The notes beneath the pieces were generated by a model. The model was not told the origin of the DNA, ran no database searches, and was given only the letters and a program-made list of their open reading frames with translations. Shown piece by piece: positions 48,997 through 58,381 of a stretch of 64,000 bases of DNA; within the stretch, counting starts at the first letter, position 1; every line of letters begins with the position of its first letter. The stretch lies in NCBI GenBank assembly GCA_026397315.1, contig JAPLVC010000007.1, forward strand, positions 64,001-128,000. Reading direction: 5' to 3'. Position numbers and translations under genes: made by a program. This DNA is from Candidatus Aenigmatarchaeota archaeon (GTDB lineage Archaea; Aenigmatarchaeota; Aenigmatarchaeia; QMZP01; QMZT01).

Positions 48997-50088
48997 ATGG
49001 CTGGCGGTTTCAAGGAAATCAAGAACTTCAAGGAAAATGATTCCAAATCAAAGGAATTCACTTACGCGAAGGCGGGCGTCGACATAGAGAAAGTCAAGAA
49101 CTCGCATACGGCGATGGCCGAGATTTTCAGGCAGACATTCGCCCACAGGTCGGGCAAGTTCGGTCACGTGATTTCAGACATCGGCCACTACGCGGGCCTT
49201 ATAGACATCGGTGGCGGACGGGTTCTCGCCGTCCATGTAGACGGCGTCGGGACCAAGACACTCATCGCGCACGCCATGAGGAAATACGATACTGTCGGCT
49301 TCGACTGTGTCGCGATGAACGTCAACGACATCATCTGCATGGGCGCGGAGCCGACAACACTGGTCGACTATATCGCTCTGGAAAGGGCGGACGAGAACAT
49401 GCTCACCGAAATTTCAAAGGGTCTCGCGGCGGCCGCGCGGGAAGCGGGAGTCGCGATAGTCGGCGGCGAGACTGCGATAATGCCTGACGTCGTAAAGGGG
49501 TTCGACCTCGCAGCCATGTCGCTCGGAGTGGCTTACAAGGACAAAATAGTGACCGGCCAGAAGATGCAGCCAGGCGACGTTGTCATAGGCATCGAGAGTT
49601 CAGGTGTGCATTCGAACGGCCTTACGCTAGCCAGAAAGCTGCTCACAAGCAGGTACGACATCGGCGCCTACGTCAAGGAGCTCGACTGCACAGTCGGCGA
49701 GGAGCTGATGAAACCGACCAGAATTTACGTCAAACCCGTCCTGGAAATTATGCAGAACTGCAAAGTACACGGCCTTGCCCACATAACTGGCGGAGCTTTC
49801 TCGAAACTCAGCCGCATCGGCAGCAAGGCGGGCGTGGGCTTCGACATACATCTCCCGAAACCCAAACAGATTTTCAAGCTGATGCAGAAGATAGGCATGC
49901 TAAGCGATCGCGAAATGTTCAGGACTTTCAACATGGGAGTCGGTTTCGTGATAGTCGTGCCTGGCGAGGACCCGGAGGACTACGAGCGCGTCGCTGATGT
50001 CCTCAAAAAATACAAGATGCCCTACAGCAAGATAGGCACCGTGACCAAGATAAGCAAAGTCACGGTAAACGGCATTGACGTGCTCTGA
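48997..50088 (+). CDS. purM: Phosphoribosylaminoimidazole synthetase
   Basis: YxxAGVD, DGVGTK, GGETA, SSGVHSNG and HITGG motifs. Confidence 0.97.
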   Translation: MAGGFKEIKNFKENDSKSKEFTYAKAGVDIEKVKNSHTAMAEIFRQTFAHRSGKFGHVISDIGHYAGLIDIGGGRVLAVHVDGVGTKTLIAHAMRKYDTVGFDCVAMNVNDIICMGAEPTTLVDYIALERADENMLTEISKGLAAAAREAGVAIVGGETAIMPDVVKGFDLAAMSLGVAYKDKIVTGQKMQPGDVVIGIESSGVHSNGLTLARKLLTSRYDIGAYVKELDCTVGEELMKPTRIYVKPVLEIMQNCKVHGLAHITGGAFSKLSRIGSKAGVGFDIHLPKPKQIFKLMQKIGMLSDREMFRTFNMGVGFVIVVPGEDPEDYERVADVLKKYKMPYSKIGTVTKISKVTVNGIDVL

Positions 50089-50100
50089 GGCGCTGGTAAC

Positions 50101-50409
50101 ATGATAAACTGGAGAATGGTTGTAGTTGCCGCCGCTTTCATGTGTGCCATTTTCTTCGTGGGCATTGCCGTGTATTTCATCAGCCTGCCTCCACCTTACG
50201 TCGACGAAAATACCAACGAGAAATACTGTCTCGCCGACGCGGACTGCGCGTGCGGCGTGCACATAAAGTCGAGAATCTGCTTTTACGGCAATGAAGATTA
50301 CGTCGACACGAGCGAACAGTGCCCTGATTTCTGCAATGGCATCGCGGCCCACCTGATAATAAAATGCATCGACAACGAATGCGCGCAGATAAACAGGCTC
50401 GGCCAGTGA
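50101..50409 (+). CDS. Membrane-anchored eight-cysteine protein
   Basis: N-terminal TM helix; CxxDxDCxCG...C...CPDFC...C...C. Confidence 0.65.
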   Translation: MINWRMVVVAAAFMCAIFFVGIAVYFISLPPPYVDENTNEKYCLADADCACGVHIKSRICFYGNEDYVDTSEQCPDFCNGIAAHLIIKCIDNECAQINRLGQ

Positions 50410-50456
50410 ACATGCGGGGGTTTTAAAACTTTTTGCTAATAAACAATTGTGGAAAA

Positions 50457-50786
50457 ATGGCTGTCAAAGGCTTCAAATACGTTGTGCCCGTGACTCTCGC
50501 CGGAAGGAGGCCTGGCCACAACGGCGAACCCTGCGTTTTCTTCGGCAACTGGAAATATCCTGTAGAACTAGACCCGGAGACAAACAAACAATTCGTGAAT
50601 ATGGATGGTAAAATTTATCGTGTATTGGAAAGGAAGATCGATGGGCCGGGCAAACTTTACATAGAGGTTGAAGAGGAACCGTTCCCAATTCCGGCGCTAA
50701 GCAACCTGATGAACATGATGAGAAAATACATGGATCATCCGGAACGCTATGTCCTGAAGTATGATACCGAACCGCTTTTAAAGTAA
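50457..50786 (+). CDS. Hypothetical protein
   Basis: ORF with upstream TTTAAA box. Confidence 0.55.
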   Translation: MAVKGFKYVVPVTLAGRRPGHNGEPCVFFGNWKYPVELDPETNKQFVNMDGKIYRVLERKIDGPGKLYIEVEEEPFPIPALSNLMNMMRKYMDHPERYVLKYDTEPLLK

Positions 50787-50806
50787 ATCCTGCTAATCAT
50801 TTTATC

Positions 50807-51646
50807 ATGAAAACCGCGAAAAAGAAAGAGGGCTGGAAATTCTTCATCGGCATATTTGTCGGCATGGGTATAATCGTCATCCTGCTGCTCGCATCGATGC
50901 TTTCGTCTTTTTCGTCGCCTTTCACGAGCAAAATTGCAATCATAAAAATCCGCGGCACTATCGCTTCAGGTCACAGCCTGCTCGCTGAAACGGTCACGCC
51001 CGATGATACGCTTCCGCTCATACAGAAGGCCGAGGAAGATTCGTCGATAAAGGCAGTCATGTTCGACATCGACTCGCCCGGCGGCTCGGTTGTAGCATCG
51101 CGCGAGATAGCATACGCCGTCGCTGAGATGAAAAAGCCCACGCTATGCTGGATGGGCGACGTCGCGGCGAGCGGAGCTTACTGGATCGCTTCTTCCTGCG
51201 ACTACATAATGGCCGACCCGCTTACTTTGACGGGCTCGGTTGGGGTGACGGCTTCGTATCTGGAGTTCTCGAAGCTGTTCGAAAAATATGGCATAACGTA
51301 TGAACAGATTACTTCCGGCGAGAGCAAGGACATGGGCTCGCCTTTCCGCAACCTTACAACCGGCGAGCGCGGCAAGCTGGAGTACATAGTAAACGAAACG
51401 TTCACTTATTTCATCGCCGACGTGACAAGCAGGCGCAATCTGACGCAGGAACAGATTGACACGATAAAAACTGGGGACATATTCCTGGGCAAAGACGCAA
51501 TCGCGCTCGGCCTCATAGACGCCACAGGCACGCTCAGCGACGCGCGGGAAAAAGCGAAGTCGCTGGCGAACGACAAGAACGCGAATTTCGTGTCGCTCCA
51601 AAAGAGCGGCTTGAACATATTCGAGCTACTTGGCATGCTCGGATGA
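50807..51646 (+). CDS. sppA: Signal peptide peptidase SppA (S49)
   Basis: DSPGG, AASGAYW, GSVGV and KDMGSPF motifs. Confidence 0.93.
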   Translation: MKTAKKKEGWKFFIGIFVGMGIIVILLLASMLSSFSSPFTSKIAIIKIRGTIASGHSLLAETVTPDDTLPLIQKAEEDSSIKAVMFDIDSPGGSVVASREIAYAVAEMKKPTLCWMGDVAASGAYWIASSCDYIMADPLTLTGSVGVTASYLEFSKLFEKYGITYEQITSGESKDMGSPFRNLTTGERGKLEYIVNETFTYFIADVTSRRNLTQEQIDTIKTGDIFLGKDAIALGLIDATGTLSDAREKAKSLANDKNANFVSLQKSGLNIFELLGMLG

Positions 51647-51703
51647 TTTTCTGAACCAACTGGAACAATGCTGCTTTAAAAAAATTCTATATAAAACGTG
51701 ATA

Positions 51704-52087
51704 ATGGAAAGCTACGGTCAAATACTGAGCCATATCATGGATGTTCAGCACGAAAACATAGAAAAATTTACCGAAATTTACAGAAATAACAGAGAAGGGC
51801 TTCTGAATATATGCGAACGGATTGACGTGGGCATGGAAACCGTTGCGCAGGGAATTCTGCTAAAAGATATGGGGGATAGGCCCCACATAAAATCATATCT
51901 CAATCAGCTGCTTTGGGGAGAGGTAGAACCGGCTATAAGGGTCTCGAGACATATACTGAAGAGTGAAGAACCGGTTCCTACGGACGCATCATATATTCCT
52001 ATACAGATGGCAAAGGCTTACGGGGCGGTTGTCGGGATGGCGGAAAAACTTGGCATTGATATCGAGCCGATAAGTCTCGATAAATAA
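51704..52087 (+). CDS. Hypothetical protein
   Basis: ORF with upstream TTTAAA box. Confidence 0.55.
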   Translation: MESYGQILSHIMDVQHENIEKFTEIYRNNREGLLNICERIDVGMETVAQGILLKDMGDRPHIKSYLNQLLWGEVEPAIRVSRHILKSEEPVPTDASYIPIQMAKAYGAVVGMAEKLGIDIEPISLDK

Positions 52088-52294
52088 AGATTCCTTTATT
52101 TTTAGGTTCCAAAGTTCCATTATTGGCTTATTTACGCATACTTTAGTATTTTTAACATTTTGTTCAAATAAATAAGAAAATTATTGTATAAAATACCTAA
52201 AATATAATAATTTTGGAACAAAAATATTAAAATAAGCAGAAATTTTGTAAAAAGTGCAGTAAGAAGTTTTTGCTAAAGCTCTTTCTAAAAAGCT

Positions 52295-53971
52295 TTACTT
52301 GTGCGCGAAATAGATTACGATTTCTTTGCCGTCGTTCGCGTCGACGCGCCCGAAACCTACGCGCTCCATCTGTATCAAATCGTCGACTTTGAGCTTCGCC
52401 ATCTCCGGCTCGCCTATGCCGTGCAGCACGCCGTCCTTGCTGACAATCCTTACTTTCACGTGCGGCTCGCTGACCCACTGTATCTTCTGCATGTCTTTCA
52501 TTATTTCGTCACCCACGCATTTCGCCGTTTTCACAAGCGACACATTGCACATTCCTTTAAGGCGAACCACGCCGCCCTTGAGCTTTTCGTAATCGTCATG
52601 CGATATGTGAATGCTTTTGTGATTAAGCGGGATTTTCTTCTTGCCGCGCTCCGGGAAATCCGGGTGCAGCGCTTCGAAAACTTCATGTTTCTCAGGCATG
52701 CCCTCGGGAGCGATGTTAACCGGGTCTATGACGACCATGTAGCGGTTCGCCAGAGAGTCTATGAGCTTGCGGTTGTGCGCGTCGAGGTTTTCCCAGCCGA
52801 GCTCGATATCGTTCTTACTCAGGCCGCACTGCATGGCGAGGCTTTTTATCGCATCGGGCCTGAAGCCGCGGCGGAGAAGAGCGCGAATCGTCGGGAGCTT
52901 CGGGTCGTCCCATCCGCTGACGTCGCCGTTAGCTATCATTACCTTGATATCCCTCGTGTGGACCGCGCCCTCGGGAAAACGAATCATGCCGAAGTTGACT
53001 ACGTTCGTGAATTTCCAGCCGAGCATGTCCGCTATCGTCTTCTGGACTGCCGTGTTGTGCTCGTGCTCCTTGCCTCGAAACACGTGCGTAACGCCTAGTT
53101 CATGGTCGTCGATCGCGCAGGAAAAATTGTAAAGAGGCCACGCGGAATACTGCGTCCCCTTGAGAGGATGAGGCGTTTTGCTTATCCTGAAAATTGGCGG
53201 GTCGCGGAGTACGGGATTCGGATCCGACATGCTGGTCTTCAGGCGCAGCGCGGCTGAGCCGTCTTCCATCCCGCCGGCAACCATCGCTTCCCACAGCTCT
53301 TTGTTCTTCTCCGCTGTGTGATGCCTGCAGGCGCACTCGCTCTCTTCGAGCTTCTGCTTCCTGAAATCCTCGGTCGCGCAGGCGCAGACGTAAGCCCTGC
53401 CCTTTTCTATCAGATGCTTGGCATGCTTGTAATAAACGGGGATCCTGTCGGACTGCATGTAGAACTCGTCCCATTTCGTTTCCATTCGCTCGAGATCCTC
53501 GCGCAGCCAGTCGTAAGCATTCGGCTCGATCTTCTTCGCGTCCGTGTCCTCGATTCTCAGGATGAATTTGCCATTGTATCTTTTCGCGTAATAATGACTT
53601 AGGAAAACGGCGCGCATGAACTGGCCAATCGATAGCGGGCCTGTCGGGGACGGGGCGAAACGAGTGACTACGCGCCCTTCGACCGCATCTTCGAGGGCGG
53701 CAAGGCCTTCCTGTTTTTTCTCCTGTCTCTCGAGCAACTCGGGCGCGAGCTCTTCGAGCTTCTTTCTCTGCCCGTCCGGGTGCATGTGGTTCACTTCTTT
53801 TACAACCTGGTCTATAAGCGTTCGAGTCTCTGCTATATTTGCCCTCGCCTCGTGGTCCTGCGAAACGACTTTCCCCAGGACGGCCGAAGGGTTGGCCTTG
53901 CCTTTGTAGAATATCGCGTTCTGAAGCGTGTATTTCAGGATGACTTCCTTCAGCTTGGAATTGGCCCTCAT
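52295..53971 (-). CDS. gltX: Glutamyl-tRNA synthetase (archaeal, non-discriminating type)
   Basis: TRFAPSP, LRIEDTD, RGKEH, GWDDP, RRG and ERxGFGR motifs; HIGH motif reads SIGQ. Confidence 0.93.
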   Translation of the reverse strand: MRANSKLKEVILKYTLQNAIFYKGKANPSAVLGKVVSQDHEARANIAETRTLIDQVVKEVNHMHPDGQRKKLEELAPELLERQEKKQEGLAALEDAVEGRVVTRFAPSPTGPLSIGQFMRAVFLSHYYAKRYNGKFILRIEDTDAKKIEPNAYDWLREDLERMETKWDEFYMQSDRIPVYYKHAKHLIEKGRAYVCACATEDFRKQKLEESECACRHHTAEKNKELWEAMVAGGMEDGSAALRLKTSMSDPNPVLRDPPIFRISKTPHPLKGTQYSAWPLYNFSCAIDDHELGVTHVFRGKEHEHNTAVQKTIADMLGWKFTNVVNFGMIRFPEGAVHTRDIKVMIANGDVSGWDDPKLPTIRALLRRGFRPDAIKSLAMQCGLSKNDIELGWENLDAHNRKLIDSLANRYMVVIDPVNIAPEGMPEKHEVFEALHPDFPERGKKKIPLNHKSIHISHDDYEKLKGGVVRLKGMCNVSLVKTAKCVGDEIMKDMQKIQWVSEPHVKVRIVSKDGVLHGIGEPEMAKLKVDDLIQMERVGFGRVDANDGKEIVIYFAHK

Positions 53972-54014
53972 GAAAACATATTAAAGCATTGTAATTAAAA
54001 ATAAATGTGGTTCA

Positions 54015-54164
54015 ATGCGCTTCGACGTGAAATGCAGGGATTGTGTATTTTTCAAGGGCAAAGCGCCGCCTGTGACGGACTGCGCCAATATTGACGGCAA
54101 GATATGGGACCCGGAGCAGCGCGCGTGCGACAACTTCGTGAAAGGCAAGAAAAAAGCGGATTAG
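54015..54164 (+). CDS. 49-aa four-cysteine microprotein
   Basis: Manual translation MRFDVKCRDCVFFKGKAPPVTDCANIDGKIWDPEQRACDNFVKGKKKAD*; host-like codon usage. Confidence 0.6.
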   Translation: MRFDVKCRDCVFFKGKAPPVTDCANIDGKIWDPEQRACDNFVKGKKKAD

Positions 54165-54213
54165 GCGGCGCTGCTTTTAGCCTGGCCCGTTTCGCTTGAT
54201 ATATCTAATTATA

Positions 54214-55044
54214 TTACTCGCCGCTTTTTTTCAGGCTATGGTAAAAGCTCACCAGCGACGCCACCGAGAGCAATGCCAGGTATGTAGTCACGAGCGTCCG
54301 CACGAGCATGAAAGCGAACCCGTCAAGGGTCAGGCCCGTCTGCTGGGTCGTGAAAATGTAATACAACATCTCGGGCAATGAGCCTCCCAGCGATATGGAA
54401 ATGTAAACTATGATGAACAACGCGAAGAACAGCAATGTATTCATTTTGTTCTTGGCGACTGTCTTCCACGACTTCTTCAGCGATTCCAGCGGACTCGCGT
54501 TTTCGAGCACGCAGAATGCCGGGGATAGATAAGTGAAAAACGCGGCCACCGCGAAAACAACTATGCCGATAAGGAGCCACACGCCTCCGGCGGCGACCAT
54601 GGCCAGTCCTTCGGCAGTTTCCATGACGGGCAATGCCATGGTCGTTAGGACCATTCCTCCGAAGCATGCCGCTATTATGAGGAAGTATATCAGTGATAGA
54701 ATCAGCATGGGGATGAACCTTTTTCTGGAAACTTCAAGGCTTTCAGTTATGCCCTTCTTCTTGACCTTGTGGTAATGCGAGGCGTTGTCCATGTAAGCGG
54801 GGATGAGATAAATATTCACCACCCAGCCGAGAACGGCTATGGGGATTATGTAAACCATGAAAGGCATGATGTTGGCAGGTATGATTGTGCCCTCGCTGGC
54901 GATGATGTCCGCCCCGAAATAGCCTGTCACAAACCATCCCGCCACGGCGAAAACAAGCTGCACGGCGAAAGCCAGCAGGAAGACGTCCTTCCTCAAAGGA
55001 TACCTGACTGAATTGCTGAAAATCTTATTGAAATCCACGCCCAT
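54214..55044 (-). CDS. Multi-TM membrane protein of unknown function
   Basis: About six TM helices; SLKKSW motif typical of GDPD-membrane-domain-like families. Confidence 0.75.
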   Translation of the reverse strand: MGVDFNKIFSNSVRYPLRKDVFLLAFAVQLVFAVAGWFVTGYFGADIIASEGTIIPANIMPFMVYIIPIAVLGWVVNIYLIPAYMDNASHYHKVKKKGITESLEVSRKRFIPMLILSLIYFLIIAACFGGMVLTTMALPVMETAEGLAMVAAGGVWLLIGIVVFAVAAFFTYLSPAFCVLENASPLESLKKSWKTVAKNKMNTLLFFALFIIVYISISLGGSLPEMLYYIFTTQQTGLTLDGFAFMLVRTLVTTYLALLSVASLVSFYHSLKKSGE

Positions 55045-55123
55045 AACAACCCCTCACTTATGTTCTATATTTATATTACCCTTCTTAATATCTTTGACTA
55101 ATCATAGTCACAGGCGTGATTAA

Positions 55124-55930
55124 ATGAAGATAACGTTCCTTGGCACCGCTGGTGGCCGCATACTCATAATGACGCAGATGCGGGCATCCGGCGGATGGAT
55201 ATTGGAGATGGACGGCGAGACGATTCACGTAGACCCCGGACCCGGCGCGCTCGTGAGGGCGAAGCAGTACGGAGTCGACCTGCGCAAACTGACGGCCATC
55301 GCGATATCGCACGCGCATCCTGACCACTACACTGACACGGAAATAATAATAGAATCAATGACGAACGGCACTAGGAAAAAGCGCGGCATACTTCTGGGCA
55401 ACGAGCACGCCATAAAAGGCGGTTCGGATTACAGGCAGGTCGTTTCACCTTTCCATTTGAGGCTTCTTGAAAAATACAGGGCGCTGGAGCCCGGCAAGAT
55501 GATGAAAGTCGGCAGCATCGAGATAACCGCGACTCCCACGAAACACAGGGAGGAGAAGGGCATAGGCTTCGTGTTCCGCGGCTCGAAAACGCTCGGCTAC
55601 GCCGGCGACGGTGAATATTTCGCGGGTATGGAAAGGCATTTCGAAGGCTGCGATTATCTCATTCTCAACGTCCTCAGGCCGAGGAGTGCCAACTGGCCGG
55701 GTCACATGAACACTGCGCAAGCGAAAGAGCTCATAAGCAAGGTCAGGCCCAAGCTCGTCATGATACAGCACTTCGGCATGCTGATGGTGAAAGCAGGTCC
55801 GGAGAAAGAAGCGAAATGGATCGAGGAGCAGACGGGCGTCAGGACCATCGCGGCGACGGACGGCATGAATATTGATCCGGAAAAGGCGCTGGCGTACGGC
55901 CTCGGCAAATGGGCTTCGGGAAAAAAGTAG
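55124..55930 (+). CDS. MBL-fold metallo-hydrolase
   Basis: FLGTxGGR, DPGPG, SHAHPDH and HFG motifs. Confidence 0.9.
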   Translation: MKITFLGTAGGRILIMTQMRASGGWILEMDGETIHVDPGPGALVRAKQYGVDLRKLTAIAISHAHPDHYTDTEIIIESMTNGTRKKRGILLGNEHAIKGGSDYRQVVSPFHLRLLEKYRALEPGKMMKVGSIEITATPTKHREEKGIGFVFRGSKTLGYAGDGEYFAGMERHFEGCDYLILNVLRPRSANWPGHMNTAQAKELISKVRPKLVMIQHFGMLMVKAGPEKEAKWIEEQTGVRTIAATDGMNIDPEKALAYGLGKWASGKK

Positions 55931-55942
55931 ATATAATAAATT

Positions 55943-56455
55943 TCAAATTTTTGCAGCAATTTCATCCGCATGTTTTTGCCATGTGCCGCTAGTATCGATG
56001 ATGAAATGCTTCTCTTTTATCTGTTCAAAAGATTTCCTGAGTTTTTTGTAGATGGCGAAATCGGCGTCGCTGGCGCAGCAAGTCTTGCACCGCTTTGCTA
56101 GGCGCTCTCTTACGACGCTCTCGTCGCACACGACTTCGACTATGCACAGCTCGCTCTTCGTTTTTACCGCGAGTTCTTTGACATTTTCGCGCAGCTCTTT
56201 TTTGTAGAACGTGCCGTCGAGCAAGACGTTCCTGCCGTCCTTCAGCAACATGCCCGCCATGTTAAAGAGCATGGAATAAACCAGCGTCTTCTCGTCTTCC
56301 GTGTAGGCCGGATTGTCCAGCATCTCTTTCCTGATTATATCCGTGCTGAGAATGCGGGCGTCCGTTTTTTTCGCTATCGCTTCAGCGACTGTAGTCTTGC
56401 CCGTCCCGGGCAGGCCGCAGACCAGAATGAGCTTGGTTTTCTCATTCGCTTTCAT
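55943..56455 (-). CDS. P-loop kinase (AAA_33, gluconate/polynucleotide-kinase-like)
   Basis: GLPGTGKTT, DxxRK, LDGTF and SDA motifs. Confidence 0.85.
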   Translation of the reverse strand: MKANEKTKLILVCGLPGTGKTTVAEAIAKKTDARILSTDIIRKEMLDNPAYTEDEKTLVYSMLFNMAGMLLKDGRNVLLDGTFYKKELRENVKELAVKTKSELCIVEVVCDESVVRERLAKRCKTCCASDADFAIYKKLRKSFEQIKEKHFIIDTSGTWQKHADEIAAKI

Positions 56456-57692
56456 GCGGCATCATGTCCTTATCCACGATTTCAGCTGGCCTGGTCGAGA
56501 GCGAAGGCCATATTTTTCTTCCCGGATAAATGGAAGTGTTTATGCCCGTGCGCACGTTGTCGCCGATGAAGGCGCCGAGCTTTTTCAGGCCAGTATGGAT
56601 TTTCTTTCCGTTTACAATCGTCGCGTGCTCCTCGCCGTCGTGGCGATAATCGGCGGTCACTGTGCCTGCCGCTATGTTGACGTTCTCGCCGACGACAGAG
56701 TGGCCTATGTAGCAGCTGTGCTTGGCCGTCGTGTTGTTCATGATTATCGAATCGACGACCTCGCCGCGGAAACGCACGCCGTTGCCCAGACAAGTGTCCG
56801 GCCTTATGTACGCGTTCGGACCTATGATGCAATTCTCTCCAATGTATGCAGGGCCTTCTATGTGGGTGCCGGAATGCACGATGGTTCCGGCGCCTATGTG
56901 GACGCTGCCTTTTATCGTCACATGCGCTTCTACACGGCCGAAAGTCCTGCCTTTCATGATGGCAAGGACGGATCTGTTCGCCACTAGCAAGTCCCATGGA
57001 TAAACGATGGGAATCCAGTCCTTTGTGTAGAAGCAGCGTATGCGCATGGTTTTCGCCAGCTCGTTTACCGCGTCGGTGAGCTCGTACTCGCCGCGCTCCG
57101 ACCTGCCGGTCTTTTTCAGCGCGTCGAAAATCCTGCTGTTGAGAACGTAAAAGCCCGTGTTGGCCATGCCGGACGAAACGTCGAATGGCTTCTCATTTAT
57201 TTTTGTCAGGAAGCCGCCGTCCGTTTCCAGCATGCCAAAATCCGAAGGGTTGTCGACTTTCTGCCCCAGCATTGAAATGCCGTATGAGAAGCATTCAGCC
57301 ATCGCTTCCTTCGGGTAAATATCGTCTCCCATCATGACCATGAATTTATCGTCCTTCTCTATCAGCTTCTCGGCCTGCAGCAGTGCATGCCCCGTGCCCA
57401 GCGCCTGGTCCTGATCTGCATACGTTATTGAGATGTTGCCGTACCTGTTCCCGAGCTTGGTTTTTATCTGCTCGCTGCCGAAGCCCACGACAAGTATCGC
57501 GTCGCTGGCGATGCCTACGAGCGAATCAAGAACATGTTCTATTATCGTCTTACCTCCGACGAACAGGAGAGCCTTCGGCCTGTGAACCGTGAGCGGATAT
57601 GTCCTGGTCGAGCGGCCGGCGCATAGGATGACTGCTTTCGCTTTTCTCACGTGGTCGCTCCCTTTAAACAGTGCCATAGAACGAATTTTCAT
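56442..57692 (-). CDS. Bifunctional sugar-1-phosphate nucleotidyltransferase/acetyltransferase (archaeal GlmU-like)
   Basis: AGxxTRxxPLT and RGEYELTD motifs; hexapeptide repeats. Confidence 0.9.
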   Translation of the reverse strand: MKIRSMALFKGSDHVRKAKAVILCAGRSTRTYPLTVHRPKALLFVGGKTIIEHVLDSLVGIASDAILVVGFGSEQIKTKLGNRYGNISITYADQDQALGTGHALLQAEKLIEKDDKFMVMMGDDIYPKEAMAECFSYGISMLGQKVDNPSDFGMLETDGGFLTKINEKPFDVSSGMANTGFYVLNSRIFDALKKTGRSERGEYELTDAVNELAKTMRIRCFYTKDWIPIVYPWDLLVANRSVLAIMKGRTFGRVEAHVTIKGSVHIGAGTIVHSGTHIEGPAYIGENCIIGPNAYIRPDTCLGNGVRFRGEVVDSIIMNNTTAKHSCYIGHSVVGENVNIAAGTVTADYRHDGEEHATIVNGKKIHTGLKKLGAFIGDNVRTGINTSIYPGRKIWPSLSTRPAEIVDKDMMPHESE

Positions 57693-58357
57693 TCGCGGTT
57701 TTTTAAAGATTTTTTGCCTTTCGCTTTCAGACGTCTTCTTATCAGTTCGAACGCGAGAGGAGCGAATGATATCGCGATTATCGCTATCATGACCAGGGCG
57801 AAATTATCCCTGACCACCTGAATATTGCCGAAGAGATATCCGCCCGTAAGGAAAACGGCCACCCACGCTACCGCGCCCAGAATATTGTAGACTATGAAGC
57901 GCCTGTAGTTCATGGCGCCTATACCTGCGACGAACGGCGCGAACGTGCGGATAATGGGTATGAATCTCGCGAGCACTATGGTCTTGCCGCCGTACTTCTC
58001 GTAGAAGCGATGCGCGCGCTCGAGATGCTCCTTGTTCATGAAGCGCACGTTCTTCTTCGTGAAGACTTTCGGCCCGACGTAATGGCCGAGCCAGTAGTTC
58101 ACGGTATCGCCTATTATGGCGGCGGCCGCCAGCGAGACGAATAGCAGGGCGAAGTCAAGCGAGCCGAGCGCCGCGAACGCGCCCGCTGCGAAAAGAAGCG
58201 AGTCGCCGGGCAGGAACGGTGCGACGACAAGACCAGTCTCGCAGAAAATCACGGCAAAGAGAATGACGTATGTCCACGGACCAAACGTTGCTATCAGTAT
58301 GTTGATATTCTGGTCCAAATGCAGCACGAACTCGGTAAAAAGCGTGATAATGTCCAT
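57689..58357 (-). CDS. dedA: DedA family membrane protein
   Basis: ETGLVVxPFLPGDSLLF and ARFIPIIRTFAPFVAG motifs. Confidence 0.95.
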   Translation of the reverse strand: MDIITLFTEFVLHLDQNINILIATFGPWTYVILFAVIFCETGLVVAPFLPGDSLLFAAGAFAALGSLDFALLFVSLAAAAIIGDTVNYWLGHYVGPKVFTKKNVRFMNKEHLERAHRFYEKYGGKTIVLARFIPIIRTFAPFVAGIGAMNYRRFIVYNILGAVAWVAVFLTGGYLFGNIQVVRDNFALVMIAIIAISFAPLAFELIRRRLKAKGKKSLKNRE

Positions 58358-58381
58358 ACAAATCAGATGTCTTCCGCATAT

